Source: Psychromonas sp. (GTDB taxonomy: Bacteria > Pseudomonadota > Gammaproteobacteria > Enterobacterales > Psychromonadaceae). Taken from it: a stretch of 64,000 nt of DNA. Under the pieces are notes generated by a model that was not told the origin of the DNA, did not search any database, and worked only from the letters and a program-made list of their open reading frames with translations. Every line of letters begins with the position of its first letter. Position 1 is the stretch's first letter. Shown piece by piece: positions 42,314 to 54,321 of this stretch. The translations under genes and the position numbers were made by a program. Location of the stretch: assembly GCF_047632995.1 (NCBI RefSeq), contig NZ_JBLIEK010000002.1, positions 6,285 through 70,284 of the forward strand, given 5' to 3'.

Positions 42314-43570
42314 TTAAAAGTTAATTTTCACCTGATAACTGGATCCTTCAATCTTATCCCAATAAGACCAGTTATAGTTGGCTGCTAGTTTTTTGGTTAG
42401 ACGCAGTCCCAAACCAAACCCCAAATCGGAACTATCAATAACCTTATCTTCACTGGCATTAACAATTGACACACTTCCTTTAACTTGAGATATACTCACT
42501 TTGCCTTCAATCGTATGTTGAAAAGCATTACGAATAAGATTAGCCAGTATGATCCTGCAGGGAATTGCAGCCACATTAATGGTATAAGGCGCTATATCGA
42601 CTTCCAGCTGTATCTGTTTATTTTCCAGTAAGTAACCAATTTCCCCGACTAACTGCTCAATCAATTGCGCAATATCTACTTTCTCATTAGCAGGCAGATT
42701 AGCATCGTCTCTGCTCAGCCATAATAATGTTTCAGTTAAATTAGTCATGGTTTTGCCAGCACGATCTATTCGCTCTAACACTGCAAACTGTTTTTTTGTG
42801 CCCCCCTCTTTTTCATGTAACTTTATAAGCAATTCGGTATTAGCCCGAACCACACTGATCGGTGTCCTCAATTCATGGCTGGCATAAGAGAGGAACTGCA
42901 ATTCCCTGCTGAGTGTTTCCTGAACGGAGTCCAAGCTGGAATTTATTATTTCAGCAAGGGTATTAAGTTCACTATATTGAAAATCAGGGATAGGCTGCGT
43001 TAATTTATCTTCATCTAAAGATTTAGCCCAATCTTTGAGCGATTCCACCGGCTTTGCCACTTTACGAATAATAAAAAGAACAACTAATAAGAAAAGCCCG
43101 ATTGCCGCGATAGCAAAAACACCTATCCATGCAATATGGGGGATACCATGATGCTTTCCGGGCCGCACATCCGCTTTATTAATAATTTTTGATATATACC
43201 TTAACTGTCCTGCTTTATTAACCGCTTTAAGAACAAAATAGATCTCTTCTGGTGGCCTAAACAGACCTGAGCTGACCGCTCTTTTTTCTAGGGTGTAACT
43301 TTCTACTGGCGGGGTATTATCGAAGATCTCTTTTACTCGGTTTGGCACATCCTCCCAGGAACTGGCGATATGAAATCCGAGGAGCAACACCGGCTTGCCT
43401 TTTTGGCTGCCTTGAATTTCAGCGGCTTCCATTAAGGATTGTTTAATCCCTCTATCCAGCCCTTGAGTGAAGTAATTAAGTGTTAACGCTGAAAAAGAAA
43501 CGGTCATAACAAAGCCAAGCAATAACATGGCTACTGTAAAGTAAATTTTAAGACTGGGCTTTATTTTCAT
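42314..43570 (-). CDS. Sensor histidine kinase
   Basis: Two TM, FLSYASHELRTP, NLIRNAFQH, GFGLGL. Confidence 0.9.
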   Translation of the reverse strand: MKIKPSLKIYFTVAMLLLGFVMTVSFSALTLNYFTQGLDRGIKQSLMEAAEIQGSQKGKPVLLLGFHIASSWEDVPNRVKEIFDNTPPVESYTLEKRAVSSGLFRPPEEIYFVLKAVNKAGQLRYISKIINKADVRPGKHHGIPHIAWIGVFAIAAIGLFLLVVLFIIRKVAKPVESLKDWAKSLDEDKLTQPIPDFQYSELNTLAEIINSSLDSVQETLSRELQFLSYASHELRTPISVVRANTELLIKLHEKEGGTKKQFAVLERIDRAGKTMTNLTETLLWLSRDDANLPANEKVDIAQLIEQLVGEIGYLLENKQIQLEVDIAPYTINVAAIPCRIILANLIRNAFQHTIEGKVSISQVKGSVSIVNASEDKVIDSSDLGFGLGLRLTKKLAANYNWSYWDKIEGSSYQVKINF

Positions 43571-43572
43571 CT

Positions 43573-44247
43573 CTATGACTCAATATCTTCGATAGAAAAA
43601 CCAAAACCAGTAACAGTATGAAGAAGAGGTTTGCCAGCAACTGAATCTAACTGTTTTCTTAGGTTAAAAATATGCACTTTTAAACTGTTACTTTCCGGTT
43701 TATCGTTCCCCCAAACCTGCTGCGCTATTTTTTCTCTTGTGACCGGATTGGGGCTCTCTCTTAATAACAGTTCCAATATTTTCAATGCAGTCGGCGAAAT
43801 TTTTAATTGTTGTTCATTAACAGACGCTTGCCTTTTATCTAAATCCAACGCGATACCCGCCACCTTTAATAAGCTTACCTGACCGCTACGCCGCCTGGAC
43901 AGCGCTTGAACTCGTACGATAAGCTCTTCCATCGCAAAAGGCTTAATCAGATAATCATCAGCGCCTTTGGAAAACCCAGCCAGCTTATCCTGTAGGCTAT
44001 CCATGGCGGTTAACATCAATACCGGTGTATCAATTCCTTTATTGCGCATACTTTCACAAACGGTTAAACCACTCATTTTAGGCAGATTCAGATCTAAAAT
44101 AATGGCCTGATAACTGTTTTTTTCAATAAGATGTAAGCCAACCACACCGTTAGCTGCATGATCACATTGAATATCCTCTAATTCCAAATAATCGATCACG
44201 GCAGTAGCCAGATCGATATCATCTTCAACTAACAGTAGATTTAACAT
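43573..44247 (-). CDS. OmpR-family response regulator
   Basis: [30 protein letters not shown]. Confidence 0.92.
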   Translation of the reverse strand: MLNLLLVEDDIDLATAVIDYLELEDIQCDHAANGVVGLHLIEKNSYQAIILDLNLPKMSGLTVCESMRNKGIDTPVLMLTAMDSLQDKLAGFSKGADDYLIKPFAMEELIVRVQALSRRRSGQVSLLKVAGIALDLDKRQASVNEQQLKISPTALKILELLLRESPNPVTREKIAQQVWGNDKPESNSLKVHIFNLRKQLDSVAGKPLLHTVTGFGFSIEDIES

Positions 44248-47200
44248 TCGTTTAGCAGTTCCTTTTGCGGCTTAAACTTATTAATGACATTAACACAAAG
44301 GCTATTTATTTCATGCTGAATCAGTAATAGTGATGGAATAAGTATAAGCGTGATCAATGTTGCAAAGAGTATCCCATATCCCAGAGATGCCGCAGCCGGA
44401 ATTAAAAACTGAGCCTGTACTGATGTCTCACTGAGCAGTGGCGCTAAACCGGCAAAGGTTGTAAATGAGGTTAGCAGTACCGCCCTTAAGCGGCTTGTAC
44501 AAGCTTCAAATATGGCATCTTTAACGGCCATGTTTTTTTCTCTTAGCAGTTCATTAAAGCGGGAAACCAGTAACAGACTGTCATTTACAACCACGCCACT
44601 TAACGCTAGCACGCCATTTAAAGAGAGAATACTGATGGTCAGATCGTTAAACACGTGCCCTAAGATAGCCCCGACAATACCAAAAGGGATCGCCATCATA
44701 ATCAGAAGGGGTTGAATATAAGATCTTAACGGTATCGCCAACAAAGCATAGATAGCAAGAAGTGCGATCAAAAACATATTGCCCATTGAGCTTGTGGTTT
44801 CTTCCTGATGAGCGGCTTCGCCCCCAAAATCTATCTGCAGATTAGCATACTGCTCCATCAATTTAGGGACCAACTGTGTTGTTATCTGCGCGACTAACTC
44901 ATTAGATGCGATCACCTCTTTATCAACACTTGCCGTAATATATACCGCTCTTAAATTATCGATCCGGGTAATTTCAGAGGTTTGATACTCGCTATACACT
45001 TTAGCAACGCTGCTTAAAGGCAGCACCGTGCCATCTGGGGTTCTGATCCGCGCGTCCATAATATCAGCGAGTGTTTGTCGCTGCGTTTCCGGATAGCGAA
45101 CCTTTACTTTCACTTCATTTTTATCTCTTTGGAAACTCTGCACCGTTGATCCGCCAAACGAACGTAAGATCTGTGCAGCCAGACTGGATGTTTCCATTCC
45201 TAATGATCGTCCCTGCTCCGTCAATTCAAATCGATACTGTGGCTCACCTGGGCTCATATTATCATCAATCCCATTCACCCCTTTGATGCTTTGCAGTTTT
45301 GCTTTCATCGCCTCTCCGGCGGCAAATACCGTTTCGCTGTCCCATCCTTTAATTTCTGCTTTAAAATTATCTCCCATCGATTTTTTAGCTTCAATCTTGA
45401 GCTTTTTAACCCCTTCGGGATTTCCCGCTAAGCGAGTCCACTCTTTAACCAGTTCAGCAGATCCATAAGCGCTGTCACCATTAAGCTCAATCATTATATT
45501 GCCGCTACTATCACTTTCAGCAATAAGCTGTAAGCTTAATATTTCACTCTTTTGCTCTCCGTACTTGGCAATAAGATTAGTGTCGGCTTCTATTACCATT
45601 CTTTCTAGAAATAATAAACTCGACTCTGTTTGCCCAAAACTCGCATCATCATACATAGCAATTTCACCGCGCACCGTATCACCAGTAATATCAGGAAAAA
45701 ATGACACACGAACCTTGCCGGTCAACGGCAGACCAACAACCAGTACAAAGACAGAAAAGAATAAAATCAATACCGCATAGCGATATTCCAGCGCCAACGT
45801 TATTACTTTTCTGTAGATCTTTGTGCTAAACCATTGCAGTCCGGAATCAGCACCGTGCTGAATACGCGACCAAAAACCTTTCCCGGGTACGCGATGTGTA
45901 TTGAGATGGGCAAGATGAGAAGGCAGAATAAGTTTTGATTCAATCACAGAAAGCAGCAGGCAGATCATAACAACGGTCGCAAATTGGGCATAAATTTCAC
46001 CTAAACGGCCCTCTACATTTGCAACTGCGACAAATGCAGCGACGGTTGTCAGCACACCAAAAATGGTCGGTACTGCCACTTTCTTCGTTCCTCGGACAGT
46101 GTTACCGATGCTGTCGCCATCTTCCTTGCGTGTTGAATAGATACTCTCGCCCACTACGACCGCATCATCAACCACAATACCTAAGGCCATAATAAAACCA
46201 AAAGTGGTCATCTCATTAATGGTTAAAGCGGCATAACTGTCGGTCATAAAATAGAGGGTGCCGAAAAATACAAACGGCAGACCGGCTGCAACCCAAAATG
46301 CCACTCTTAAATTCAGAAAAAGTGCCAGAATAATAAAAACCAACCCAATACCTGTGAGCGCATTTTTCATTAACAGACTGAGGCGATCTGTTATCATGGT
46401 ACTTGAGTCATACCAGGTAGTAAGTTTTACATTTTCAGGAAGATAATGACTGCTATTCCACTTATCAACAACCTGATTGGCCTGCTCAACAATTTTTGTT
46501 ATATCACCATATTCATCCATTACAATTTCAATGGCCATGCCGCTTTGCTGGTTATAACGCGACAGGGTAAAGGTGTCATCTTCGAATGTTTCTTTTACGT
46601 CAGCAACATCACCCAGATAGATATTCGTACCATCAGCCAGGGTTATCAGGCGGATATGGGCAAATTCCTGCTGCTGATACCCCTGCTGAGATACTTTCAG
46701 ACGAACCGCTTTTTCACTATTGCGCAGACTAGTAGTGATGGCACTCGAAGATTCAGCATTAATAGCATCGGAGACATCAGATAAGGTCAAACCATACGCC
46801 TGCAGCTTAGCTTCATCGACTTCAACTGCAATCATAGGATCGGCCTTTGCCTTGATCGAAAGTTCGCGAATAGCCGGTTTAGTCAGTAGATCAGATTTCA
46901 GCTTTTCAGCCAGAACTTGAAACGTGGATCTATCGGCATCGCCATAGAGCTGCACCCAAATCGCATGATCCGCTCGGGTTGCTTTTTCAATAACGGGATT
47001 GTCCGCATCTGACGGAAAGTCATTGATTGCATCGACTTTAGTTTTAATATCACTAAAAAGTGTCTCTAATGGGTAGTCGCTGTTTTTTTCGACAACAACG
47101 TTGCTGCCTTTGGCATCTGAGGTTGAGGTGATAGTATCAATACCGGTAACGCTTTCTAATGCTTCCTCTATTTTTATCGCTATCCCTTCTTCAGCCTGCT

Positions 47201-47402
47201 GTGGATCACCACTGTCATAACTCACTGAAACAGTAACTCTGTCTGGCGCCATACTCGGAAAGGCCTCTTTGCGAAGTTCATTGACCGACAAAGCGCCTAA
47301 TACAAGGGTGATGATTAAGAGCAGATTAGCGGCAACAGAGTTGCGTGCAAACCAGCCGATAATACCTTCATTAAAATCTAATTTTGAATTGTGCATATTC
47401 AT
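44241..47402 (-). CDS. AcrB/AcrD/AcrF-family RND permease
   Basis: WFARNSVAANLL, LGIVVDDAVVVGE, GVVVNDSLLL, SRLRAVLLTS. Confidence 0.93.
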   Translation of the reverse strand: MNMHNSKLDFNEGIIGWFARNSVAANLLLIITLVLGALSVNELRKEAFPSMAPDRVTVSVSYDSGDPQQAEEGIAIKIEEALESVTGIDTITSTSDAKGSNVVVEKNSDYPLETLFSDIKTKVDAINDFPSDADNPVIEKATRADHAIWVQLYGDADRSTFQVLAEKLKSDLLTKPAIRELSIKAKADPMIAVEVDEAKLQAYGLTLSDVSDAINAESSSAITTSLRNSEKAVRLKVSQQGYQQQEFAHIRLITLADGTNIYLGDVADVKETFEDDTFTLSRYNQQSGMAIEIVMDEYGDITKIVEQANQVVDKWNSSHYLPENVKLTTWYDSSTMITDRLSLLMKNALTGIGLVFIILALFLNLRVAFWVAAGLPFVFFGTLYFMTDSYAALTINEMTTFGFIMALGIVVDDAVVVGESIYSTRKEDGDSIGNTVRGTKKVAVPTIFGVLTTVAAFVAVANVEGRLGEIYAQFATVVMICLLLSVIESKLILPSHLAHLNTHRVPGKGFWSRIQHGADSGLQWFSTKIYRKVITLALEYRYAVLILFFSVFVLVVGLPLTGKVRVSFFPDITGDTVRGEIAMYDDASFGQTESSLLFLERMVIEADTNLIAKYGEQKSEILSLQLIAESDSSGNIMIELNGDSAYGSAELVKEWTRLAGNPEGVKKLKIEAKKSMGDNFKAEIKGWDSETVFAAGEAMKAKLQSIKGVNGIDDNMSPGEPQYRFELTEQGRSLGMETSSLAAQILRSFGGSTVQSFQRDKNEVKVKVRYPETQRQTLADIMDARIRTPDGTVLPLSSVAKVYSEYQTSEITRIDNLRAVYITASVDKEVIASNELVAQITTQLVPKLMEQYANLQIDFGGEAAHQEETTSSMGNMFLIALLAIYALLAIPLRSYIQPLLIMMAIPFGIVGAILGHVFNDLTISILSLNGVLALSGVVVNDSLLLVSRFNELLREKNMAVKDAIFEACTSRLRAVLLTSFTTFAGLAPLLSETSVQAQFLIPAAASLGYGILFATLITLILIPSLLLIQHEINSLCVNVINKFKPQKELLNEC

Positions 47403-48598
47403 TACCCTTCAACTTTAGGAACAACAAGCATGCCAACAACATAACTGCTTAAGGGTCTTTTAATAATTTTAACGGATGCCAGATTCTCTATCGGCGTAAC
47501 ATAAACCGATTCTGCTTTTTCAAAGAGCTTGTTTGCCGCCACTTTATTTAACTGATTATCCTCAGTGATAAACCAGATATCTCCCTGCTGGGAAATCGCA
47601 GATGCGGGCAGTTCCCAAGTATTATTAAGCTCAGCCCCTTCGATATGCGCCTGAACAAAAGTGCCGGGAAATAATCCCACATCCTGAGAAAAGGGATGAA
47701 CAACGGCAACAATCAGAGAACGCTGACGGGATGTTGAATCCAGATGCTGCTCAATACGGATAACATAACCTTGCCAACTCGTGTCACCGTCAGTGCTATA
47801 GAGCATCACCGGCCATTTTTTCGCATTTTTGTGTGACAATTCTTTATTGCTCAGTTTAGGCAAATTTGCCCACTGCTTAGCTGAAAGCGGGATCTTAATT
47901 TCAACGTGATCTGTACTATAAAGCTGTGCAACAGAGCTGCCGACCTGAACATAACTTCCCGGCTGAATATTCCGCTCGATAACAAGGGCATCAAAAGGCG
48001 ACCTGATAACTGTTTCTTCAAGATCCTGCTGCGCTTTTTTCAGGCTGTATTTGGCGTTTTTTAATAGCGCTTTTTGTACTGCCAATTGTGGTGCACGTAA
48101 AACTAATGGCGAGTTAGGCTCACCATTCAGACCGGAACGTTGCCACTCCAAACGAGCCTGCTCTCCTGTTCTCTGCTCTTCAAGCAGATCCAGCTCTGCT
48201 TGCGCTAGAGAAGAGTTAGCCTGCGCTACTGCCTGTTGGTAGGAAATATTTTCAAGCTTTGCAAGAATATCGCCTTTTTTTACAATCTTACCCGTTTCAA
48301 ATCCCGGCATTAATTTGTCAACTCTACCACTCACTTCGGCAGCATAGGTGATGGCATAATGCGGCGCCGCTTCTCCATAACCTTTGACTAGCGCTTTATA
48401 TCTGTCCGGTTTAACTTCAATAACCACAACACTCGGCGCCTGAGATGCCCGAATTTCTGATTTAACCTTTGCTGAAATTTTCTGGACAGATTTCCCATTC
48501 TCAGCCTTCATCTGTGAGGCGTTATAAGTAACAGCCCCCGCTAAAAAAACAATAGATCCCAAAGTGATCAAAATTGACAATGATGGTTTAAATTTCAT
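47402..48598 (-). CDS. RND membrane fusion protein
   Basis: AEVSGRV, IRSPFDALV, LFPGTFV. Confidence 0.9.
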   Translation of the reverse strand: MKFKPSLSILITLGSIVFLAGAVTYNASQMKAENGKSVQKISAKVKSEIRASQAPSVVVIEVKPDRYKALVKGYGEAAPHYAITYAAEVSGRVDKLMPGFETGKIVKKGDILAKLENISYQQAVAQANSSLAQAELDLLEEQRTGEQARLEWQRSGLNGEPNSPLVLRAPQLAVQKALLKNAKYSLKKAQQDLEETVIRSPFDALVIERNIQPGSYVQVGSSVAQLYSTDHVEIKIPLSAKQWANLPKLSNKELSHKNAKKWPVMLYSTDGDTSWQGYVIRIEQHLDSTSRQRSLIVAVVHPFSQDVGLFPGTFVQAHIEGAELNNTWELPASAISQQGDIWFITEDNQLNKVAANKLFEKAESVYVTPIENLASVKIIKRPLSSYVVGMLVVPKVEG

Positions 48599-49953
48599 AG
48601 TGAGACTCCCAGGCCTAGTGCCAGACCTAAATCGATTCGGTTTACTAAGCGGTTATATTTAGCTTGAACAAGCTTTGTTTCAACATCAAAGCTACCGGTT
48701 TGTACAGTAATCAGATCCGAGATATCCACCAAACCTTGACGATATTTTCCCTGATAACTGGATAAACTGCGTGCAGCGCTATCGCGTGCATCCTGTAGAT
48801 GTTTTTGCTGTAATGTTAATGATTTTTCCTGACCAAGCGCATTTTCAACTTCATTTACCGCCGTTAATAAGGTGTCCTGATAATTCCAATAAGCGCTCTC
48901 GGTTGTCAGCTCAGCAATTTCAGCTTTTGATCGCAGATAACCACCATCAAAAAGCGGTGCGGATAACTGCCCCAGAACACTCCAAAGGGGGCTAGTTAAT
49001 AGCGCGGCACTTGGTGAATTTGCTACATCTGAAAGGGCTATCTCTAGACTTAGAGAAGGAAGTCGTGCCTTGTAGGCAGCTTTGGTTCTGAACTCTTCCG
49101 CCTCTATATCAAAGAGCGCACTTTGCAGATCCGGTCTTCGAGAAAGATCTTGTTTGGGCAAAGACACAAGAGGAGTCAACACTTGCGGGAATTCAGCGCT
49201 GACATTAAAGCGTTGCTCATCACCGAGCAGCCCTAACAGCAAGGTAAGGCTGCGCTGATTTTGCGCTAGCGTTTCATTATATTCTGCCAAGGTTGAACGT
49301 GAATAAGCACTATCTGCCTTAGCCGTATCCAAATCTTCTAAATCTCCCAGCCCGGAACGATATTTTTCTAAGATCATACTTTCATTACTTTCCAGGACAA
49401 CTAAACGTTTAACTTCAATATCAAGCAGTTGTTTCTGCAGACTGATTTGCAGCCAGCCGCGCATAATATTGGCAGCGAGTGTATCTTTGGTGCTTTGTAA
49501 GGTAGCAATATTACTGGCAATATCTTTATCTGCGGCACGAGTGCTGTTGCCGATTTTATTCCACAAATCTAATTCCCAGCTGACAGTCAAATCTGTGTTG
49601 TAAGCGGTATCTGAACTTTCCTCTTTATTCCCACCAAAATTTGCGCTTAATTCTGGAATACGATCGCTGTTAGTTGCAGTGCGCTGTGCATAAAGCATTT
49701 TCAACGCCATTAACCTTTGCTGCAAACTAGGATTGTTTTTCATGGCTTGCTGAATAACAGCATTTAATGCTGGAATGTGTATTAGGTCGGTCAGTTGAAC
49801 AACATCTACCGCCGCAGTCTGCTCGCTATGCCAATTAACCTGCTGTTCAAGGGATTGTTTTGCAAGTTCTTGAAAATCTTTATCTGATGATGAACTGCAT
49901 GCCGTTAAGCCGAGTATGGCTAAAGTAAGCAAACTAGGTCGATAAAAAAGCAT
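48595..49953 (-). CDS. TolC/OprM-family outer-membrane lipoprotein
   Basis: Lipobox LTAC, SWELDLW, RRPDL, APLFDGG. Confidence 0.9.
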   Translation of the reverse strand: MLFYRPSLLTLAILGLTACSSSSDKDFQELAKQSLEQQVNWHSEQTAAVDVVQLTDLIHIPALNAVIQQAMKNNPSLQQRLMALKMLYAQRTATNSDRIPELSANFGGNKEESSDTAYNTDLTVSWELDLWNKIGNSTRAADKDIASNIATLQSTKDTLAANIMRGWLQISLQKQLLDIEVKRLVVLESNESMILEKYRSGLGDLEDLDTAKADSAYSRSTLAEYNETLAQNQRSLTLLLGLLGDEQRFNVSAEFPQVLTPLVSLPKQDLSRRPDLQSALFDIEAEEFRTKAAYKARLPSLSLEIALSDVANSPSAALLTSPLWSVLGQLSAPLFDGGYLRSKAEIAELTTESAYWNYQDTLLTAVNEVENALGQEKSLTLQQKHLQDARDSAARSLSSYQGKYRQGLVDISDLITVQTGSFDVETKLVQAKYNRLVNRIDLGLALGLGVSL

Positions 49954-50751
49954 CTTCTCTCTCCTGGTTTAGACAAACCAATAATATAAGAGTGCAGGTT
50001 AATGATGGGTTAAGGATGAGTTAAATTAACTTTTTTTATTTATATAGATCCATTAAATGCAGCACAGCAGAGAATACAGACTCATTTATTATTAATACCA
50101 GTCTGATTAAATTTATGATCTATTTTAGGAAGTGTGACTTCAGCCACGCCAGTGGTATTGCGCCATTGATGGCGTGTGTCATTTGTTGACGTCCTATCAA
50201 TTACTTTGATTGCAGCAAGACAAGCAGAATAGAAAGGTTGAACACTCACTTTATTTTTGTAATAAATTCAAAATACTAGTGCTACCAAACCAATGCGTCT
50301 GGGAAATTTCCGTTTACGTTTTTCTTGCTAAATCAATTCCTTTAGCAAGTGGAAACATGGAGCGAATTGAACGCCAGTTTAGGTTTATGAGAAAGAATAA
50401 AGGGATTTATCAAGATAAAAACGTTCGGAACAGCAACGATCAAAGATACAAAATCAGCGCGCAGCGAAAGCCTACAAACAGCTAGGTTACAAACTCATTA
50501 AGATTCTCGAGAATGACGATAAGGGAAACAATTCAGGGGGATCCAAAACTTTTATTGATCATGACAAATCAATTCAGCTATGTGTCCCATCCATTTTTCT
50601 TTGGCTGTGCAAAGGCATGACTTTTTTGAATCGTGCAACTGCATTTCGGTTTTCCTCCTCTACTCGCCATCGAAGCGTCCCTATATGGCCTTTCTTTTTT
50701 GCCCCCAATCGGGACCTTATACTTATTTAAATCAAAATAATTGCTGCACTA

Positions 50752-53445
50752 TTATTTAATAACCTTGCCGCGACGCATAAAATACTTTTCTATCTCTACC
50801 AAAAATAACACAGATGAAGCGACGAGTAATATACGCAGCCATGTACTGAAGTTAATGGCTGTAGTACCAAATAAAGAGTGCATCGGTCCAAAGTAAGTGA
50901 AAACTAACTGCAAAATGATAAGTACTGTAATCGCTATAAGCACATAACGGTTCCCTGTTAATCCTGCCCAATTAAATATTGAGTCTTTAATATAGCGGGA
51001 GTTAAATAAATAAAATATCTCAAACAAAACCAAAGTGTTTACTGCCACTGTGCGTGCATGCTCAACACTCATGCCTTGTTCCATCTCCCAAATAAACAAA
51101 CCAAATGTTCCACTCATCAAAATAACCGAGACAAAGGCAACACGCCAAATAAAATGGGGCATCAGCATCGGTTCATGAGCATCGCGGGGCGGACGCTGCA
51201 TGACATTCTGTTCGGGTGGTTCGAAGGCAAGCGATAGCGCCAGCGTGACAGCCGTAACCATATTTACCCAGAGAATTTGCACAGGCAATAACGGTAGCTG
51301 ATGAAAACCAAACAAAATAGCCGCCAGAATAATCAGTGCCTCTCCACCATTGGTTGGCAGAATAAAAAGAATCGATTTTTTGAGATTGTCATAGACAGTA
51401 CGACCTTCTTTTACAGAATGAGCAATAGATGCAAAATTATCATCGGCCAGCACCATCTCAGCAGCCCCTTTGGCCGCTTCTGTACCTTTGTGTCCCATGG
51501 CAATGCCCACGTCGGCGCGTTTTAAGGCTGGTGCATCATTTACCCCGTCTCCAGTCATGGCGACAATCAAACCCAGTTCCTGCATCAGTCTAACTAACAG
51601 CAATTTATGTTCAGGATTAACACGTGCATATACGTTCACATCCTGTACACGTTGACGTAACTCATCCTCACTCATTAAGTCCAGTTCCTGTCCGGTGAGT
51701 ACATCATTGGCATTAACAAGCTTAAGTTGCTGGGCGATGGCACGTGCTGTGAGCGCGTGATCTCCGGTAATCATTTTCACCCGAATACCTGCTTCAGCAC
51801 AGGTTTTTACTGCCTCAATAGCCTCCTCTCGCGGTGGGTCAATCAAGCCGAACATGCCCAGCATAATTAAGCCATTCTCCACATCGCTAAACTTCAACTC
51901 CATCTGTCCATAGGCTACAGGCTTGAGAGCTATGGCCAATACTCGCTGGCCAAGCTGTGCCATTTTTTCAATACGGCTTAGCCAGTAATCTCTATTGATT
52001 GGTTGTTCACCAGCAATGGTTTTTTGATGAGAGCAGATCTCCAATAGCCGTTCAGGTGCACCTTTGATAAAAATAAAGGCATTATCCTTGTGGCTATGAT
52101 GGAGTGTCGCCATAAAGCGATGCTCTGATTCAAATGGAATAAGATCTGTGCGGGGATATTGTTTGGCTTCTACTTCAATTTCTAATCCAGCTTTCAAACC
52201 GGATACTAATAAAGCCCCTTCCATAGGATCGCCATGAACAATCCATTCAGAACCTTTGCATTCCAGTGACGCGTCATTGCATAGCACTGCAGCCCTGACG
52301 GTCTCTAACAACAGCGGCCGTTCTTCAGTAAACACATTCACACCCGACAAGGATATTGATCCATGGGGATCATAACCGGTACCGCTAAGCTCAAATAAAC
52401 CACTCGTGGTTGTAATCATACGCACCGTCATTTCATTGCGTGTCAGGGTACCGGTTTTATCTGAACAAATGACGTTTACAGCCCCTAGCGTTTCCACGGC
52501 GGGCAATCTGCGAATAATGGCATTTCTTCCCGCCATACGCTGTACACCTATCGCCAGGGTGATGGTCATGATAGCCGGCAATCCTTCCGGAATCGCCGCC
52601 ACTGCAAGGCTAACCGCGGCAAGAAACATTTCAGAGATTGCATAATCACGAATAAATGAACCGAAAACAAAGGTAATGATGGCAATACCTAAAATGGCCA
52701 GAGTAAGCCAGCGGCCAAACTGAGCCATTTGCCGCAATAGAGGTGTTGTTAGTGATTCGACATCTGCAACCTGTGTACTAATGTGACCTATCTCTGTGTC
52801 TAATCCGGTCGCAATGACCACACCCGCCCCCTGACCATGGGTCACCAGAGTACCCGAATAAGCAAGGCATAGACGATCACCGATCATAGATTCCAGTTCG
52901 ACAGGATCCGTGATTTTTTCTACCGCTATCGACTCGCCAGTCAGTGCCGACTCCTGAATTTGCAACCCCTTAACACGGAACAATCTAAGGTCTGCTGGTA
53001 CTTTATCACCTGATTGCAGCAAGACGACATCACCAGGTACCAAGGCTTTAGCGGGGATGGTTATCTGCTTTCCATTGCGCAACACCATGGCATTTGGCGA
53101 AAGCATTTGCCTTATAGCTTTTAAGGCATTCTCGGCCTTACCTTCCTGTACGAATCCGATGACTGCATTAATAAAGACGACCCCCAGAATTACACTGGCA
53201 TCGATCCAATGTCCCAGCATAGCCGTGACAGCGCTCGCCACAATCAATACATAGATCAGCATATTATGGAACTGGTAGACAAACTGTAGCAAAGGACCGC
53301 GTGTTTTTGCTTCAGGAAGCTGATTTGGCCCGTACTTAACCTGTCTATTAGCGGCTTCCTCACTGCTTAAGCCGTCTGCGCTTGTGTCGAGTGATTCCAG
53401 TACTGTGTTCGCTTTTTTGAAATGCCAGCTAGTATTCTCAGTCAT
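50752..53445 (-). CDS. Type II (Ca2+-like) cation-transporting P-type ATPase
   Basis: [35 protein letters not shown]; GAGGGG before ATG 53445. Confidence 0.93.
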   Translation of the reverse strand: MTENTSWHFKKANTVLESLDTSADGLSSEEAANRQVKYGPNQLPEAKTRGPLLQFVYQFHNMLIYVLIVASAVTAMLGHWIDASVILGVVFINAVIGFVQEGKAENALKAIRQMLSPNAMVLRNGKQITIPAKALVPGDVVLLQSGDKVPADLRLFRVKGLQIQESALTGESIAVEKITDPVELESMIGDRLCLAYSGTLVTHGQGAGVVIATGLDTEIGHISTQVADVESLTTPLLRQMAQFGRWLTLAILGIAIITFVFGSFIRDYAISEMFLAAVSLAVAAIPEGLPAIMTITLAIGVQRMAGRNAIIRRLPAVETLGAVNVICSDKTGTLTRNEMTVRMITTTSGLFELSGTGYDPHGSISLSGVNVFTEERPLLLETVRAAVLCNDASLECKGSEWIVHGDPMEGALLVSGLKAGLEIEVEAKQYPRTDLIPFESEHRFMATLHHSHKDNAFIFIKGAPERLLEICSHQKTIAGEQPINRDYWLSRIEKMAQLGQRVLAIALKPVAYGQMELKFSDVENGLIMLGMFGLIDPPREEAIEAVKTCAEAGIRVKMITGDHALTARAIAQQLKLVNANDVLTGQELDLMSEDELRQRVQDVNVYARVNPEHKLLLVRLMQELGLIVAMTGDGVNDAPALKRADVGIAMGHKGTEAAKGAAEMVLADDNFASIAHSVKEGRTVYDNLKKSILFILPTNGGEALIILAAILFGFHQLPLLPVQILWVNMVTAVTLALSLAFEPPEQNVMQRPPRDAHEPMLMPHFIWRVAFVSVILMSGTFGLFIWEMEQGMSVEHARTVAVNTLVLFEIFYLFNSRYIKDSIFNWAGLTGNRYVLIAITVLIILQLVFTYFGPMHSLFGTTAINFSTWLRILLVASSVLFLVEIEKYFMRRGKVIK

Positions 53446-54321
53446 CAATAGCCCCTCTTCTGCAGCAGTTGTTCTGACAAAGTAGATCTGCAACTAATTA
53501 AAACGCTTACCTAAACTTATATAAGCTCCGAACTATTAATCTCTAAAAACGTCAAAAAGTTACACAGAATTATTTGTCGATAAATTTATTATGGCGTACA
53601 GCGAGATATATTCGCTGCCCCTGCAGTTCTATCCTTGAGCTTGGATAATACCAAAAGAACTAAAAAGGTGATCATCCTTGCTGGTTAAAATCATCCCTAA
53701 CTGCGTTGTGAGTTTTGAAGTGAGAATAACTATCTCCTGCAACTCTCGCCTTGTTAGTGTTAATTTTTCCTTCGCAATCATTGATCACTTCATTAATTCT
53801 TTTGGTATAACCACTTATCAAAAAGCGATGTTTTTACAATAGTATATTTAATAGCTCAAATTGTAGGCAGCAAGATACATTAGGTAAAGTGATTCCATAG
53901 CCATTATTTAAGGATATTTATTAAGCGGGGGTTATCATCAGGGGAGCCAAAAATTTTTATAAATAAACCTAGTTAATTTAGCTCAATACCGTTCGGTTAA
54001 GCGGTTTTTTGGTTTATATCTTGATGATATAAGTAGGTGAACATATAAAAATCAATTGGATAGATGAAAGTGGGGTGAGTTTACATGTTCGGAAACTTGT
54101 CTGCCATTACTTATAAAGCACTGAACGCGGAAACGTTCGGTTTTTCCTTTTTTTAGACAGAATAAAATGATCATCATCGACACGCCGTCAAGGGCGGAAT
54201 ACCAACGATAAAAGTTCAGCCAACCGCTACAGGCGAAAGTCAACACGACAAGCCCTAGAATTCATATTCACCGCTAAGATTCTGTTTTTTAACTTAAGAA
54301 CATCATCAAAGCGGTCAAATA

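Noticed and set aside
50440-50500. GNAT-like motif NQRAAKAYKQLGY
   Set aside because: Single short motif; the upstream frame is closed by stops and the flanks do not resemble GNAT
53630-53781. 50-codon minus ORF MIAKEKLTLTRRELQEIV...
   Set aside because: No recognisable family and weak RBS; cannot support as a gene or pseudogene
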